In this document: piece by piece, positions 28,542-43,259 of the stretch
Layout: each line of letters begins with the position of its first letter
Numbering within the stretch: position 1 is the first letter of the stretch
Source: Paraspadella gotoi
Lineage: Eukaryota; Animalia; Chaetognatha
Reading direction: 5' to 3'
DNA: 63,986 bases
Assembly: GCA_051294375.1 (NCBI GenBank)
Contig: CM119267.1
Location: forward strand, 6,798,265-6,862,250
Notes under the pieces: generated by a model
The model's input: only the letters and a program-made list of their open reading frames with translations
The model's database searches: none
Told to the model about the DNA's origin: nothing
Program-made: the position numbers and the translations under genes

Positions 28542-31500
28542 TTTTTCCATCTGACTATTAATTCAAAGATATTAGTTCTCCCATATTTTTTGTTTCATGA
28601 CTTAATTGAACTCTACACGGATTTCAAATGGAGAGTCTTGAAATTGGAAACCATTTGTTTATTTCTCTTTAAACTCGGACCCCAACATGATTTTTCATAT
28701 TTGATCTTTTTATTAGTTAAAAAATTCCCTTTACTTTTTGTTTCCTATTATTAGTCACATTGATTAATTACTTTACATCTTAAACCACTGCGTGGCGCCT
28801 TTGCCTTTCAGCAGGGCTTTTTTTGCAAACATCTTCTCCCCTCTTATTTGATAGTTTCTATTTTAAAAACTCACTTATGAAAAAAAAATATTATTTTTTT
28901 ACCATTGATTAGTTTAGTATGTTCTTGGGCAAGCAAGTAAAAAACAATTTCTATGTAATAAATTTTAAGGTTTAGTGACTAGTACAGTTAAACAGACGGT
29001 TGCCAGATCCTTGTTCTTTCCAATTTCTTTTTCAAGACTCAGAAATGTTTTTATTTTCTAACAATAAACTATAAAAATAAAATAAGGGGTGTCCATTGAT
29101 GGTCGTTCTTGAAAAAAGTCTGATGCTCAGGTTTATACTACAATGTTGTCTATAAATTCTGTAGTAAGATGAACTAAAATTTGATCAAAAAATTTCATTT
29201 TTCCTATAAAAAATATATATTTATAAACAGGTAAGGTTCTTATTCACAATGAAAAAAAAATTCTTCTTTTTGAAATTCCGATACATGCCATTGATGCAAG
29301 GGCACCATAACATAACTAAGAAAAGGAAGCCAAGCCTGGACAATTGGGAGTTGGAAAATAAAAAACGTCAGCGATTTTCTTACACCGGCGGCTGGCAAAA
29401 TTTAAAATTTTGCTATAACAAATTATTTAGCCACCCGTATTTGATCTTTTCATTTCACTTTCCATTTGAAAATCCCGTTTTAATATAACTAAACAAAACT
29501 CAAATGGGATTTTAAATGTGTTTGAATCGCATTTTTTAGGGCATAAAACTCCTCTTCTCTCCTTCTCTCTCTCTCTTCTCTCTTCTCTCTCTCTCTCTCT
29601 CTCTCTTTCTCTATTCGAGGCCCCCCTTTCCACCCCCTTCTTCTTTCCAAAAACCACCTCCATCTCGTTCCTTTCTCATCCAAGTCGGCGCCATTTTCTC
29701 CCGGGGTTTGAAGGAAATATAAAGAAAAAAAAGGAAGATTTTTTGTTGTCTTCCCAATTTCTCTGAATTCCTCCTTCGGTAGTGATTCTGATTAAATTTT
29801 CCGGTCGACGGTCTGTCGTCGTTCGTCGTCGTTCGTCCGTCGTCGTTGTCGTTCGTCGAGAGGGCGAATAAAAGAATACGGGTACAGAAGAATAAAATAA
29901 AAGCTATTCGCGTGGACCGTCCAGGGAAAAAAAAGACAAGAAGTGACGCGAGAGAAAGAGGAGAGAAGAGGGCAGGGAGGAAGATGATGGAGGAGAGAGA
30001 GCCTGAGGAGTAGAAGAGAGAGAGAGAGACGACGGGTGGGAATATGAGAGGAGGGATAATAAAAAAGGGGACCCCTGGCAGCATTGGGAGATGGAAAATT
30101 ATTCCGAAGAGAGGGGGTAAGAGAGAGAGAGAGATGGAGGAGAGAGAGAAGAGAGAGAGAGGAGAGAGAGAGGAAGATGAAGAGAGAACCGAAGATGAGA
30201 AGAGAGGAGAGAGAGAGAGGACTCTCACCCATATTGCAAGATTCGGAATTGCGATTCTCGATTACAGCAATAACATTTTTTTTCTTGCGAATTTTCAGTA
30301 AAGACAATTATTATTTTCAAATTCTTCAAATTTAAAATCATTAATATTTTTATTCCTCTTTCTCTCATTTAGGTTATTTTACTGGTAAATTTTATTTTCT
30401 TTGCTTGAAGTAGGTCTCAAGTTGGGGATATTTCATTTACCACCGCTTCACTGATAAAAACGGGGCAGATCCGTTTAATCCGTTAACTTGTCAGATAAGA
30501 ACGTTGGATTAATATCCCAAATCGTAATTAAATTTAAATCCGCTCAATCCCTGTTAACCTTTAAAATAAAAGTGAACGGTTTTGCAACTTTTCACATTTG
30601 ACCCTTCTCGTGCCTCTCTCGGCTAATAATTAAAACCGAAGTTTGTTCTTCTCTTTTGTTTCTCCCTTTTTCCCTATAACCCTCCTTACCCTTTTATTTC
30701 GCTTCTCCTCTTCCCTCCTTTTCTCCTTCATTCTCTTCTTTTTTTCTCCTTCCCTTTTCCTTTCAATCCCCTTCTAACCCTTTCCCTCATCGCCGGTAAA
30801 AAGAGGATTTTTTCCACGCGCGGGGGACACTCCCCTCTTGATTAAGAAGGAAAAAAAAAGGAGAAAAAAAAAAAGAAAGAAAAAAAATAAAGAAAAGATA
30901 GGGATGTCTTAAATCGAAAACAAAAAACAGAAAACAAAAAACAAAACTCCCGAGGTTTGTACGTCGGGAGCAATACAAAGGCGGGCGAAGCGAGAAGGGG
31001 GGGGAAGACCTAATAATAGAAAAAAACAACACCTAGGGGATGAGGGAGAGAGAGAAGGAGAGACGAAGGAACGAGAGATGGAGATCGAGAGAGAGAGGAG
31101 GCAGAGGAGAGAGAGACGAGACAGAGACTAATAGACGATGAGAGCAGCAGCGATTAGTTGAAATTCGGGTCTGGGCGTCGGGAAAGGCAAGATAAAAACA
31201 AATCGAGTTTTGACGTCTTCTTTTCCCAAGCGAAGACTCAGGCAATGAAATAAGAGTTTTCGAAAAAGTGTGGATCTTCGGGAAAGAGAATGCGGGGATT
31301 AAGGAGAAGGGAAGTGGGGATTAAGAGAGGGGAATGTGGGGGAATAAGCAGAAGGGAATTGGAAGAATTATATAGAAGGTAAACTGGAGATCATAGGACG
31401 GCAAGAGGGATTGTATATTAGGGGGGCAGTCCCTTGCCGGGTAGATACAGACGAGCGGGGTATTAGAGCGATGCGGGACGTTTGGGCTATACATCTTGAG

Positions 31501-34500
31501 GGCGAGTGCAGCTGTCTGACCTGACAAATGACACATGGCATCTTGAGACCACTCCCGCAGTTCTCAGTCAGTACATCATCAACTCGATTATCACTGAGTC
31601 AACCTCGTGAGAGACTCAAAACAGAAAAGCCAAGTGACAATCATCTGGTTCCCGAGCGAAAGGCAGTGCATGTAACTCCTACTATTAGCCTTCATTAACA
31701 CTGCATGGAATCATTGTTCACGTGAGGGGAACTCTCTCTCAAAATTTAAGAGCGCGAACTTCTCATTAGCAACGACTCAAGTATTCTCTCTTCTGTAGTA
31801 CAATGTATACGCTCAGCTGTCACAGGGCACGGAATTAATACGCCCCTGGAGATGGACGAAAAAAACTAATTTTAGTTAAATTTTGACAAAAAAAAAAATA
31901 CGCAAAACCTACTAACTTTGCCAAAATATATGTTTTTACAGTTTTTATTATTTCTTTCTTTCCCGGATTTATAACTGCCGCTTTCAGTTTCGAACAAGGA
32001 TCAACTCAATCAAATCAGCTCACCTAGAGCTCCAGCTCCTCGCGCAAGAGACAACATACTACACCTGCCGTCAACGCGAAGCTTATACCGTCCTGTGTCA
32101 GTGAAATAGCGTTGTCACGAAAAAAAAAACTGCGCGGATAACTGGAAAATGAATTAATATATACGGTGACTAGTATTACGCGAGAGCAAAGAAAGGAAAG
32201 GAGAGCAAGATGAGTTGGAAGAGTAAGAAGAGGAAAGGGAAGACTGAAAAAGAAAAAGGTAGAATAAAAAAAAGAATACAAAAAAACGAGGAAAATATGA
32301 CAAAACAAAACGGGTGTGAAAAAAAGGAAGAAGGACGTTGAAAAAATGGCGAGGAAGGCGGAAAGTATGAAAGAGGCGTAGGAGCACCCCATTTAGGAGG
32401 GGAGAAAAGAAAAGACTAAATGAAAAGAGACAATGAAGGAGGAAAAGGAAAGGAAAGAAAAAAAAGAAAAAAGGAAGAAAAGAAACAAGAAGAATAAAGA
32501 AAACGAAGGCAGGGAATGAAGGAAAAGAAAAAAATGCTGCCTCTTTTTTTTTTCAACGAATAAGTACAGCAAATCGAGAGAGGCACAAACAGTTAGCATT
32601 GGTATTATATGTCTTAATATAATATTATTGTATATTATATATATTATTATAATATCATTTGCCTTAATCCTAATTCATTATGATAGTCTAAAGCTTTTGC
32701 GAAAATTGACAGAATATCTTAGGTAAACAGTTATAATACTTGGAAAAATAGTAGATAGATAAATAGATAGATATGTGGGAAGAAACTGAGCCCAACCGTT
32801 TTTTCAACTCTCACTTACTTTCCTCGTCTCCTCGTCTGGGGGGATGTGGGATGCGATCCCGCGACCCTCGTCACCGAGGGTAACGAATCAGCCACAAGCG
32901 CCACTTTCGCTGATATTAAAATATGAACAAAGAACTCTTATATTTTAACTCGTCTCATATATAATAAAATATATATCAAACAAAAGAACCTTATCAACGT
33001 TTAACTACCTCTACTAGTTTAGCAGCAATATCTGCTTTGTATTATCTTGTTGTGTGAAAATCATTCACTATTGTCTCTCTCTTACTTGAAACTTCAGCCA
33101 TCAATTTTATCGTTATCACTTAATTGTAATTCTTGCTTTACATTATGTTAATTGTAAGGTTCTCCTTTTAACGCCGAACAAAATAAGACTTTGTTCAAGA
33201 CTGTTTTTACGAAGCTTAAAAGAAGCATCCCTCAACGCTCTCGACATCAAGACGGCCTTCAAGAAGTTGGCGACCTCGACGCCGATCCCGCATCTTCGAA
33301 TTACGCGGATCCAGTTGGTCGCCACAGATATATAGATAGATAGATTGATAGATAGATATCTTCAGATAAACAGAAACAAACATGGATTGACAGACGGAAA
33401 GATAAGTTGGTTGAGGAGACGGAAGGAAGGAAGGAAGGAAGGAAGGAAGGAAGGAAGGGAAGAGGAAAGAGGAGAGAAGAGGGAAGGAAGGAAAGATAGG
33501 AAGGAAAGAAGGAGGGAAGGAAAGGAAGGAGGAAGGTAAAGAAGCAGCAAGTCTTCAACGGTTTCCAGTTGGAGGAGACATTCATCATGAACATCCGGAT
33601 TATGCNNNNNNNNNNNNNNNNNNNNNNNNNAAGAGGAAGTAGATGGAAGTTCAGCATCTGCAGGCGGTCCAGGCTTCTCTCTATCTTTCTCTCTCTATCT
33701 GCTCTCTCTGAATCGTCTTCTCGGATCTCTCATCTCTTGCTCTCTCTTTTTTGTTCTATTTTATGCCGCCATTTATTCCCTATTCCGCGCTTATTTTGCT
33801 CAAATACAAAATCCCAAATTTTAGATCCGAGGATTTTCCGTGAAATTTTTTTTATCTAAAAATTTTGATTTATTCTTTATTATAGCGAGAGTGAAAACTG
33901 ACCAGCAGAGTCCTTCGATCACACTTCTTTCTACTGTCTACTGCTCCTCCTCACCGTTGCTTGAGCGTCTCTCTTCTTCGTCTTCTCTCCTCTTTCTCTC
34001 TTCTTCCCTCATCTCATCTCTCATTACCACGCGCATTTGTTTTGGTTTTTATTTTACGATGAATGACGTGCACTTGCGCGTCAATGATGACTATCATCGC
34101 ATGCATGAATGGATTATCTGCATTATCAAATGAAATGATTTCTATCTACACATCAAGTGAATGACTATCATCGCGCATGCAATCATTTGAATTATCATCA
34201 CATCAGTTACTTTTATTATCATCGCATCAATTAATCTGTTATCATCTGCATCAATATTTTAGTGTATCCATCGTCATATTAATATTTGGTTACGGCAGTC
34301 GGAAAGACTGGCCTCGATCGCCGTATTGCTTTAAGATTTTTTTTCCGCTAATAAATTCTTGTATTGTCGTTTCGTTGCCGGAAAACTATCTATCGCATTC
34401 AAGATGAATGATCTATCATCATGGCTTGATCCTTCATATGCTTTTTAAGATTTTTGTAGTTAGAGTGTGATGTTGTTAAGACAAATTTGTGGATATGAAG

Positions 34501-37500
34501 ATGGGTTAAGTGTTACAGCCGGTCATGACAAGGACACGACCGCTGGCCGTGGGACTACGAAGAGTTAAGTATCTGTGGCTGCTGGCCGTACGTCGCCCGT
34601 TTCTCGCGAAGGAAATTGGTATCGAAGTGTGAAGAGAATCTCGCCGATTGATTTTTACACGTTGGAACGGTTCGCGAGAGAGGAGAAATGAGGCCTCTCG
34701 AAGACCCGGACGTTAAAAGATCGCTTTAACTCCCAGCAGCGTTGGAAAAGTGTTTAAGTTTAAAGTCCATTTGTAATCTCGTTTTTAAATTTCATTTTTT
34801 AATGCTCCAGCGTTTTAACCTTTTTATGCGTCGAAATTAATTCTATTAATTTATCCACCGTTTTTAATAAAACTCAAACTTTTATCTCCGTTCTTCGTCT
34901 GCCAATTGTTGATTAAGATAAGACTACGCAACCATTCCAAATTCTTTAGCAGTCCCTTATAATGAAACGCAAAGTCATGAACGAAAAGTACAGGGCAAAT
35001 CGAGACGAGGCACAACAGTTAGCATTGGTATTTATATGTCTTAATATAATATTATTGTATATTATTATATATTATACTATAATAACATTTGCCTTAAATC
35101 CTAATTTCATAGAATAGTCTACAAGCTTTTGCAAAATTGACCAGAAATATTAGAGTAAGACAGTTATAATACTTGGAAAATAAATAGTAGATAAATAATA
35201 TAGATAGTATATGTGGGAAGAAAACTGAGGCCCAAACCGTTTTTTCAACTCTCTAACTTACTTCCTGCGTCCTCTCCGTCTGGGGGGATGTGCGTGGATG
35301 CAGACGACAGCCGCGACCTCCGTCCCGAGGGTAAAAGCGAATCAGTCGCAAAGCGGCCACTTTCGCTGATATTAAAGATATGAACAAAAGAAACTCTATA
35401 CTTTTAACCTCGTCTCATATTAAATGAAAATATATATCAAACAAATAGAATATCGTTTAACACCTCTACGGTTTATGAGCATATGCCTTGCTTTTGGAAT
35501 ATTGTTGTTATCTTCGTTGTGTGAAATCATTCCAGCTTTATTGTCTCTCTTACTTGAAAACTTCAGCTCATGCAATTTTAAGTCGTTTATCACTTAATTT
35601 AATTCTTGCTGTACATTATGTTAATTGTAATGGTTCCTTTTTAAGCGCCGACAAAATAAGAGACTTTGGTTCAAGACTGTTTTACGAAGCTTAAAAGAAG
35701 CATCCGTCAACGCTCTCACGACATCGAAGAAGGCCTTCAAGAAAGTTGGCCGACCTCGACGCCGATCCCGCATCTTCGAAATTACGCGAATCTCAGTTGG
35801 TCGCGCAAGCAGATAATATAGATAGATTAGATTGAATAAGATAGAATATCTTTTTCACAGATAACAGAACATAAACATGGGATTGACAGGAACGAAAGAT
35901 AAAGATTGTTTGAGGAGACTGAAGGAAGGAAAGGTGAAGGAAAGAAGAAGGAAGGTAGGAAGAGAAGAAGGAGAAGAGGAGAGAAGGAAGGAAGGAAGGA
36001 AGGAAGGAAGGAAAGAAGGAGGGAAGGAAGGAAGGAAGGAAGGAAAGAAGGAGCAAGTCTTCACGGTTTCCAGTTGGAAGAAAATCATCATAACCATGAT
36101 TATGCAGGACCTCGGGCTGCGATCATTATTCGAATAGAGAAAGAGGATGACAAAGAAGAGAAAAACAAAAAGGAACGACGACGACGACGACGACGACGAA
36201 ACTGAGAAGAGAATCGATACCGGCGACAACATTAAACGAAATCGGGTTCTTAAAGTTAAACAAGAACAAATTAAAATATAGAAAAGCACGATAACTACAA
36301 CAATAACAAAGAGGAAGTAGATGGAAGTTCAGCATCTGCAGGCGGTCCAGGCTTCTCTCTATCTTTCTCTCTCTATCTGCTCTCTCTGAATCGTCTTCTC
36401 GGATCTCTCATCTCTTGCTCTCTCTTTTTTGTTCTATTTTATGCCGCCATTTATTTCCGCGCTTTTTTGCTCAAGTACAAAATCCAAAATTTAGATCCGA
36501 GATTTTTCCGTGAAATTTTTTTCTAGAAAATTTTGATTTATTCTTTATTATACGAGAGTGAAAACTGACTTCCAGCAAGTCCTTCTCACACTTCTTTCTA
36601 TCTCTCTCTGTCTCCTCCTCACCGTGGTGAGGTCTCTCTTCTTCTCTCTCTCTCGTCTCTCTCTTTCAATTCAATTACAGTCGCATTTGGTTTGTTTTAT
36701 TTTACGATGAATGACTCATTGCGCGTCAATGATATGACTATCGATCGCATCAATGAATGGGATTATATGCATTATCAAATGAATGATTATCTATCTTACA
36801 AATCAATGAATACTATCATCGCCATGCAATCATTTGAATTATCATCAAACATCAGTTATTTTATTATCATCGCATTCAAATTAATTGGTTATCATCTGCA
36901 TCAATATTTAGTTTTATCCATCGTTCATTTAATATTTGGTTACCAGTCGGAAAGCTGGCTCGATCCCGTATTGCTTTTATAGATTTTTTTTCCCTAATAA
37001 ATTCTTGATTGCGTTTCGTTGGCGGGAAATACTATCAGTGCGCATATCAATGAATGTAACTATCATCATGGCTTGATCCTTATGCTTTTAAGTATTTTTT
37101 GTATTAGGTTGATGTTGTTGAAGACAAATTTGGTGGATTATGAAATGGGTTAGTGTTACCGCCGGTCAATGACAAGACACGACCGTGGCCGTGGGACACG
37201 AATGAGTTTAATATCTGTGGCTGCTGGCCTTCGTCGCCGTTTCTCGGCGAAGAATTGATCGAATGTGAAAGAAGATATCTGCGATTGTTATTTTAACGTT
37301 GAGAAGTCGCGAGAGATGAGTAAATGAGAGCCTCGTCGAAAGACCCAGGACGTTATAACGCTTTTAACTCCAGCAGCGTTGGAAAAAGTGTTTAAGTTTA
37401 AAGTCCATTTTAATCTCGTTTTTTAAATTTCATTTTTTAATGCTCCCACGTTTTTAAACCTTTTATCGGTCGAAATTAATTCTCATTAATTGCATCGCAC

Positions 37501-39491
37501 CGTTTTTAAATAAAATCTCAAACTTTTATCTTCCGTTCTTCGTCTCGCTAATTTGTTGATAAGTAAGCTTACGCAACCAGTTCCAAATTCTTTAAGCGGT
37601 CCCTTATAATGAAAACCAAAAGTCATGTAATCGAATAAGTACAGGCAAAGTCGAGAGAGGCACAAACAGTTAGCATTGGTATTATATGTCTTAATATAGA
37701 TATTATTGTATATTATTTATATATTATTATAATATACATTTGCCTTGAATCCTAATTTCATTATGATAGTCTAAAGCTTTTGCAAAAATTGACAGAATAT
37801 TCTTAGGTAACAGTTATATATACTGTGGAAAATATAGTAGATAGAATAATATTAGATAGTATATGTGGGAAGAAACTGAGGCCCAAAGCCGTTTTTCAAC
37901 TCTCTAACGTTACGTTCCTGCGTCCTCCTCGTGCTGGGGGGATGTGGGGATGCGATCCCCGCGACCTCCGTCCCGAGGGTAAAACGATCAGCCACAAGCG
38001 GCCACTTTCGCTGATATTAAAGATAATGATACAAAAGAACTCTATACTTTAATCTCGTCTCATATTAAATAAAATATATATCAAACAAATAGAACCTTAT
38101 GCAACGTTTAACTACCTCGTACTAGGTTTATGCAGCGAATATCCTTGCTTTTGTATTTAATCTTGTTGTGTGAAAATCATTCCACTTTATTGTCTCTCTC
38201 TACTTTGAAAACTTCAGCTCATTAGCAATTTTAATCGTTATCACTTAATTGGTAATTCTTGCGTTTACATGTATGTTAATTGTAAGGTTCTCTTTTTAAC
38301 GCCGACAAAATAAGAACTTTGTTTCAAGACTGTTTTAGCGAAGCTTAAAGAGAAGCATCCCTCAATCGCTCTCGACATCGTAAGACGGCCCTTTCCAAGA
38401 AAGTTGGCGACCTCGACGCCGATCCCGCATCTTCGAAATTACGCGGATCCAGTTGGTCGCCCAAGCAGATATATAGATAGATTAGATTGAATAGATAGAT
38501 ATCTTTTTCAAGATAAACAGAACAAACATGGATTGACAGGACGGAAAGATTAAAGTTTGTTTGAGGAGACGGAAGGAAGGAAGGAAGGAAGGAAGTGAAG
38601 GTAGGAAGAAAGAAGGAGAGAAGGAGGGAATGGAAGGAAGGAAGGAAGGAAGGAAGGAAAGGAAGAAGGAAGGTAAGGAAGGAGGAAGGAGAGAAAGGAG
38701 GGAAGGAAGAAAAGGAAGGAAAAGAGGAAGGGAAGGAAGGGAAGGAAGGAAGAAAAGAAGGAGGCAAGTCTTGTCTACGGTTTGTCCAGTTGGAAGAAAG
38801 ATCAATCATAACCATGAGTTATTGTCAGTGACCTCGGGCCTGGCGAATCAGATTATTCGATATAGAGAAATGAGTGATGACAAAGAAGAAGAATAAACTA
38901 AAAGGAACTGACGACGACGACGACGACGACGAAACTAGAAGAGAATCGATACTTCGGCGACAACTATTAAACGATAATCGGGTTCTTAAAGTTAAACAAG
39001 AACAAATTAATAAATATAGAAAAGCTACGATGGATAATCTGTATCAACAATTAACAATCAAACGGACGAACGATAACAACTTCGGTGATGACTTCCTGAA
39101 TTTGAATGGAAGTACGATAACAGAATCGAAAGGGAAATCATAAGAAGAGAAGAAGAGAGAGAGAGAGAGAGAGAGAGAGATGAGATGAGAAGATGAGAGA
39201 GATGAGAGAGAGAGATGAGGAGTCGTTTGAATGGGATGAAAAAGAATGGGAGGCACGACGGAGGATCAAGGGGGAAAATGATGAAGAGGAGTAGANNNNN
39301 NNNNNNNNNNNNNNNNNNNNGAGGAGGAGGAGGAGGAGGAGGCGGAGTCGAAATCCATCATTTTTTTTCATTTTATGAAGAAGTTTTCGTCTCTCGAGTA
39401 AAGATTATCTTTTTTTTTATTTCTTCATTTGAAAATCATCGAAAAACATGCAAACGTAAAAAGGAAGGTTGAGATAATTTTTTTTCGGAGC

Positions 39492-39545
<54 letters not shown>

Positions 39546-41049
39546 TTCTCTTTCTCTATCTCTCTCCTTTTTTTCATGACTATTAATTCAAGATATTAGT
39601 TCTCCCATATTTTTTTGTTCATGACTAATTGACTCTACACGGATTTCAAATGAGAGTGAAATGAAACCATTTGTTATTTCTCTTAACTGACCCAACATGA
39701 TTCATATTTGATCTTTTTATTAGTTAAAAAATTCCCTTACGTTTTTGTTCCTATATAGTCAATTGATAATACTTTACATCTTAACCACTGGTGCGCCTGC
39801 CTTTCAGCAGCTTTTTTTGCAACATTTCTCCCCTCTTATTTGATAGTTCTATTTTAAACTCATTATGAAAAAAATATTTTTTTTTACATTGATTAGTTAG
39901 TATGTCTTGGGAGCAAGTAAAAAAATTCTTATTAATAAATTTTAAGGTTTAGTGACTAGTAAGTTAACAGACGGTTGCCAGATCCTTGTTCTTTTCCAAT
40001 TTCTTTTTCAACGCAGAAATTTTTATTTTCTAAAATAACTATAAAATAAAAATGGCTGTCATTGTGGTTGTGAAAAAGCTGATTGCTCAGGTTTATACTA
40101 CAATGTTGTCTATATCTGTAAGATGAACTAAAATTTGTCAAAATTTCATTTTTCCTATAAAAATATATATTATAACAGGAAGGTCTTATTCAAATGAAAA
40201 AAAATTCTTTTTTTGAAATTCGAACATGCCATTGATGAGCACATAACTAAGAAAGTAAGCAAGCTGGACAATTGGGAGTTGGAAAATAAAAAACGTCAGC
40301 GATTTTCTTAACGGGGTGCAAAATTTAAAGTTGCTATAACAAATTATTTAGCCACAGTATTTGATCTTTTCATTTCACTCCCATTTGAAATCCGTTTAAT
40401 ATACTAACAACTCAATGGATTTTAAATGTGTTTGAATCGCATTTTTAGCATAAAATCTCTCTCTCTCTCTCTCTCTTCTCTCCTCAGTCTCTCTTCTCGC
40501 GTCTCTCTCCTCTCCTCTCTCTCTTCTCTTTCTTCTCTATCAGCCCCCTTTCACACCCGCCTATCTTCTTCCCAATCCTCACTGTCCATCTCTGTCTTTC
40601 TCATCAGCGCGCCATTTTCTCCGGTTGAAGGAAATATAAAAGAAAAAAAGGAAGATTTTTTGTTTCTCTCCCAATTCATCTTGATTCCTCCTCGCGTAGT
40701 GATTCTGATTAATTTCCGGTCGACGTCGTCGTCGTCGTCGTCGTCGTCGNNNNNNNNNNNNNNNNNNNNNNNNNNNNNNNNNNNNNNNNNNNNNNNNNNN
40801 NNNNNNNNNNNNNNNNNNNNNNNNNNNNNNNNNNNNNNNNNNNNNNNNNNNNNNNNNNNNNNNNNNNNNNNNNNNNNNNNNNNNNNNNNNNNNNNNNNNN
40901 NNNNNNNNNNNNNNNNNNNNNNNNNNNNNNNNNNNNNNNNNNNNNNNNNNNNNNNNNNNNNNNNNNNNNNNNNNNNNNNNNNNNNNNNNNNNNNNNNNNN
41001 NNNNNNNNNNNNNNNNNNNNNNNNNNNNNNNNNNNNNNNNNNNNNNNNN

Positions 41050-41083
<34 letters not shown>

Positions 41084-41851
41084 CTCACCCATATGCAAGA
41101 TCGAATTGCGATTCTCGATTACAGCAATAACATTTTTTTTCTGCGAATTCAGTAAAGAAATTATATTTTTCAAATTCTCAAATTTAATCATAATATTTTT
41201 ATCCTCTTTCTCTCATTAGGTTATTTACTGGTAAATTTTATTTTCTTGCTTAAGTAGTCTCAAGTTGGGATATCATTTACACCGTTCACTGATAAAAACG
41301 GGGCAATCCGTTAATCCGTTAATTGTCAGATAAAACTTGGATTAATATCCCAATCGTAATTAAATTTAAACGCTCATCCCTGTTACCTTTAAATAAAGTG
41401 AACGGTTTTCAACTTTTCACATTTGACCTTCTCTGCCTCTCTCGCTAATAATATAAACCGAAGTTTGTTCTCTCTTTTTTTCTCCCTTTTCCTACCCTCC
41501 TTCCCTTTTTTTCGCTTCTCCTCTCCCTTCCTTTTCTCCTCATTCTCTTCTTTTTTTTCTCCCTTCCCTTTCCTTTCATCCCTTCTAACCCTTTCCCCTC
41601 ATCGCGGAAGAGATTTTTCCACGCGCGACACTTCCTCTCTTGATAAAGAAGGAAAAAAAAAGGAGAAAAAAAAAGAAAGAAAAAAAATAAAGAAAGAAGG
41701 GAGGGCTTAAATCGGAAAACAAAAAACAGAAAACAAAAACAAAACTCCCGAGTTTGTATCGTCGGAGCCAATAAAGGCGGCGAGCCGAGAGAAGTGGGGG
41801 GGAAATGCTAATAAAGAAAACACAGCCGGTAGGAGAGCGTGAGAGAGAGAT

Positions 41852-41882
<31 letters not shown>

Positions 41883-42523
41883 AGAGAGAGAGGAGAGAGA
41901 AGAGAGAGAGAGAGATGTTTGAAATCGCGTCGGACGTCGGAAAGCAGATAAAACAAATCGACGCTTGACGTCTTTTTCCCAGCGAAGACTCAGGCAAATG
42001 AATAGCAGTTCGAAAGTGGGGATTCGGGGGAAGAGATATGCGCGGATAACGAGAGGGAAGTGGGGATTAGATGAGGGGGGGAATGTGGGGATAAGAGAAG
42101 GGAATTGGAGATTATATAGAGGTAAACTGGAGATCATAGGACGCAGAGGGGATTTTGTATATTAGGGGGATAGGCAAGAGGGGATTAGAGAGGGGACGTT
42201 TGGGAATTGGGGATCATAAAATGCATTTGAGAAAGCATTTTATATGTAACGTGGGGATCAAAAAGAAAAGTGACATTCGGCCGCGAAAGAGTGCATTAAC
42301 CATAAAGTTCATTAACTATGATCATTGCGGGACTTTTAAAATTAATGAGGGATCCATTAGCAACGATAAGATTTTTATTTTAGAAAGACGAAACCGGCGA
42401 AACCCCGAGGACGAAAAACTAATTTAAATTTTGACAAAAAAAAAAAGAAAACAACTTCAAATATGTTTTAGAGTTTTTTTTATTATTTTTTTCTCTTTCC
42501 GATTTATTTACTGCGCTTTTCAG

Positions 42524-42561
42524 GTTTTCGAACAAGATCAATCAATCAATCAGTCACCTGA
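42524..42561 (+). CDS. Candidate terminal exon (GFRTRSINQSVT*)
   Basis: Strong cttttcag acceptor; phase-1 reading ends in TGA. Confidence 0.3.
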
Positions 42562-42685
42562 GATTAAAGCGTCGGCGACAACAACAACGACAACAGACGC
42601 GAGCTACATTTTGTCAGTGAAATAAGCGTTGATCACGAAAGTGTGGGATTTATAAATGATCGACGCATGAGGCAAAGGATGATTG

Positions 42686-42718
<33 letters not shown>

Positions 42719-43259
42719 CAGTCGACCAAGTATTCGGTGACTGTAGCGGCGGAGAAGAAGGGGAGGAAAGGAAAGGAGGAAGATGAGTTGGAAGAGTAAG
42801 AAGAGAAAGGAAGACTGAAAAGAAATAGGGTAGAATAAAAAAGATACAAAAAAAGAGGAAAATATGACAAAACAAGAGGGTGTGAAAAAGAAGGAAGAAG
42901 ACGTGAAAAAATGGCGGAGGAAGGCGGAGTATGAAACGAGGTAGGAGGGGAGAAAAGAAAAGATAAAATGAAAGAGACAATGAAGGAGGAAAGGAAGGAA
43001 AGAAAAAAAAGAAAAAAGGAGGAAAGAACAAAAGAATAAAGAAAACGAAGGAGGAATGAAGGAAAGAAAAAAGAAAAGAAAAAAGGCGAGGAAAGGAAAG
43101 AAGCGATGACGAAGAAAGAAATAAAAGGGGGGAAAAACAACATTTTTTCTCGAGAGGAGATGAAGATCGAAAGGTGCAAAAGAAAAGCGGGCGATGGGGA
43201 CGGAGCTGGGTGAGGGCAATGTGAGGGTGGGTATTGGGTAAGGCTAGCCCCGGGAAAAT

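Larger units (their letters stand above)
24975..43150. repeat. Multi-copy duplication: 24975-32550 vs 36325-43150, plus partial copies 32553-33605 and 33631-36307
   Basis: The block ctcgacatcaagacggccttcaagaagttggcgacc occurs four times; 25-N gaps at 33606 and 39296. Confidence 0.9.

Noticed and set aside
42604-43250. C-terminal half of the 513-aa ORF
   Set aside because: F/S/L-rich read-through of a pyrimidine tract; the duplicate near 32000-32550 does not keep one frame.
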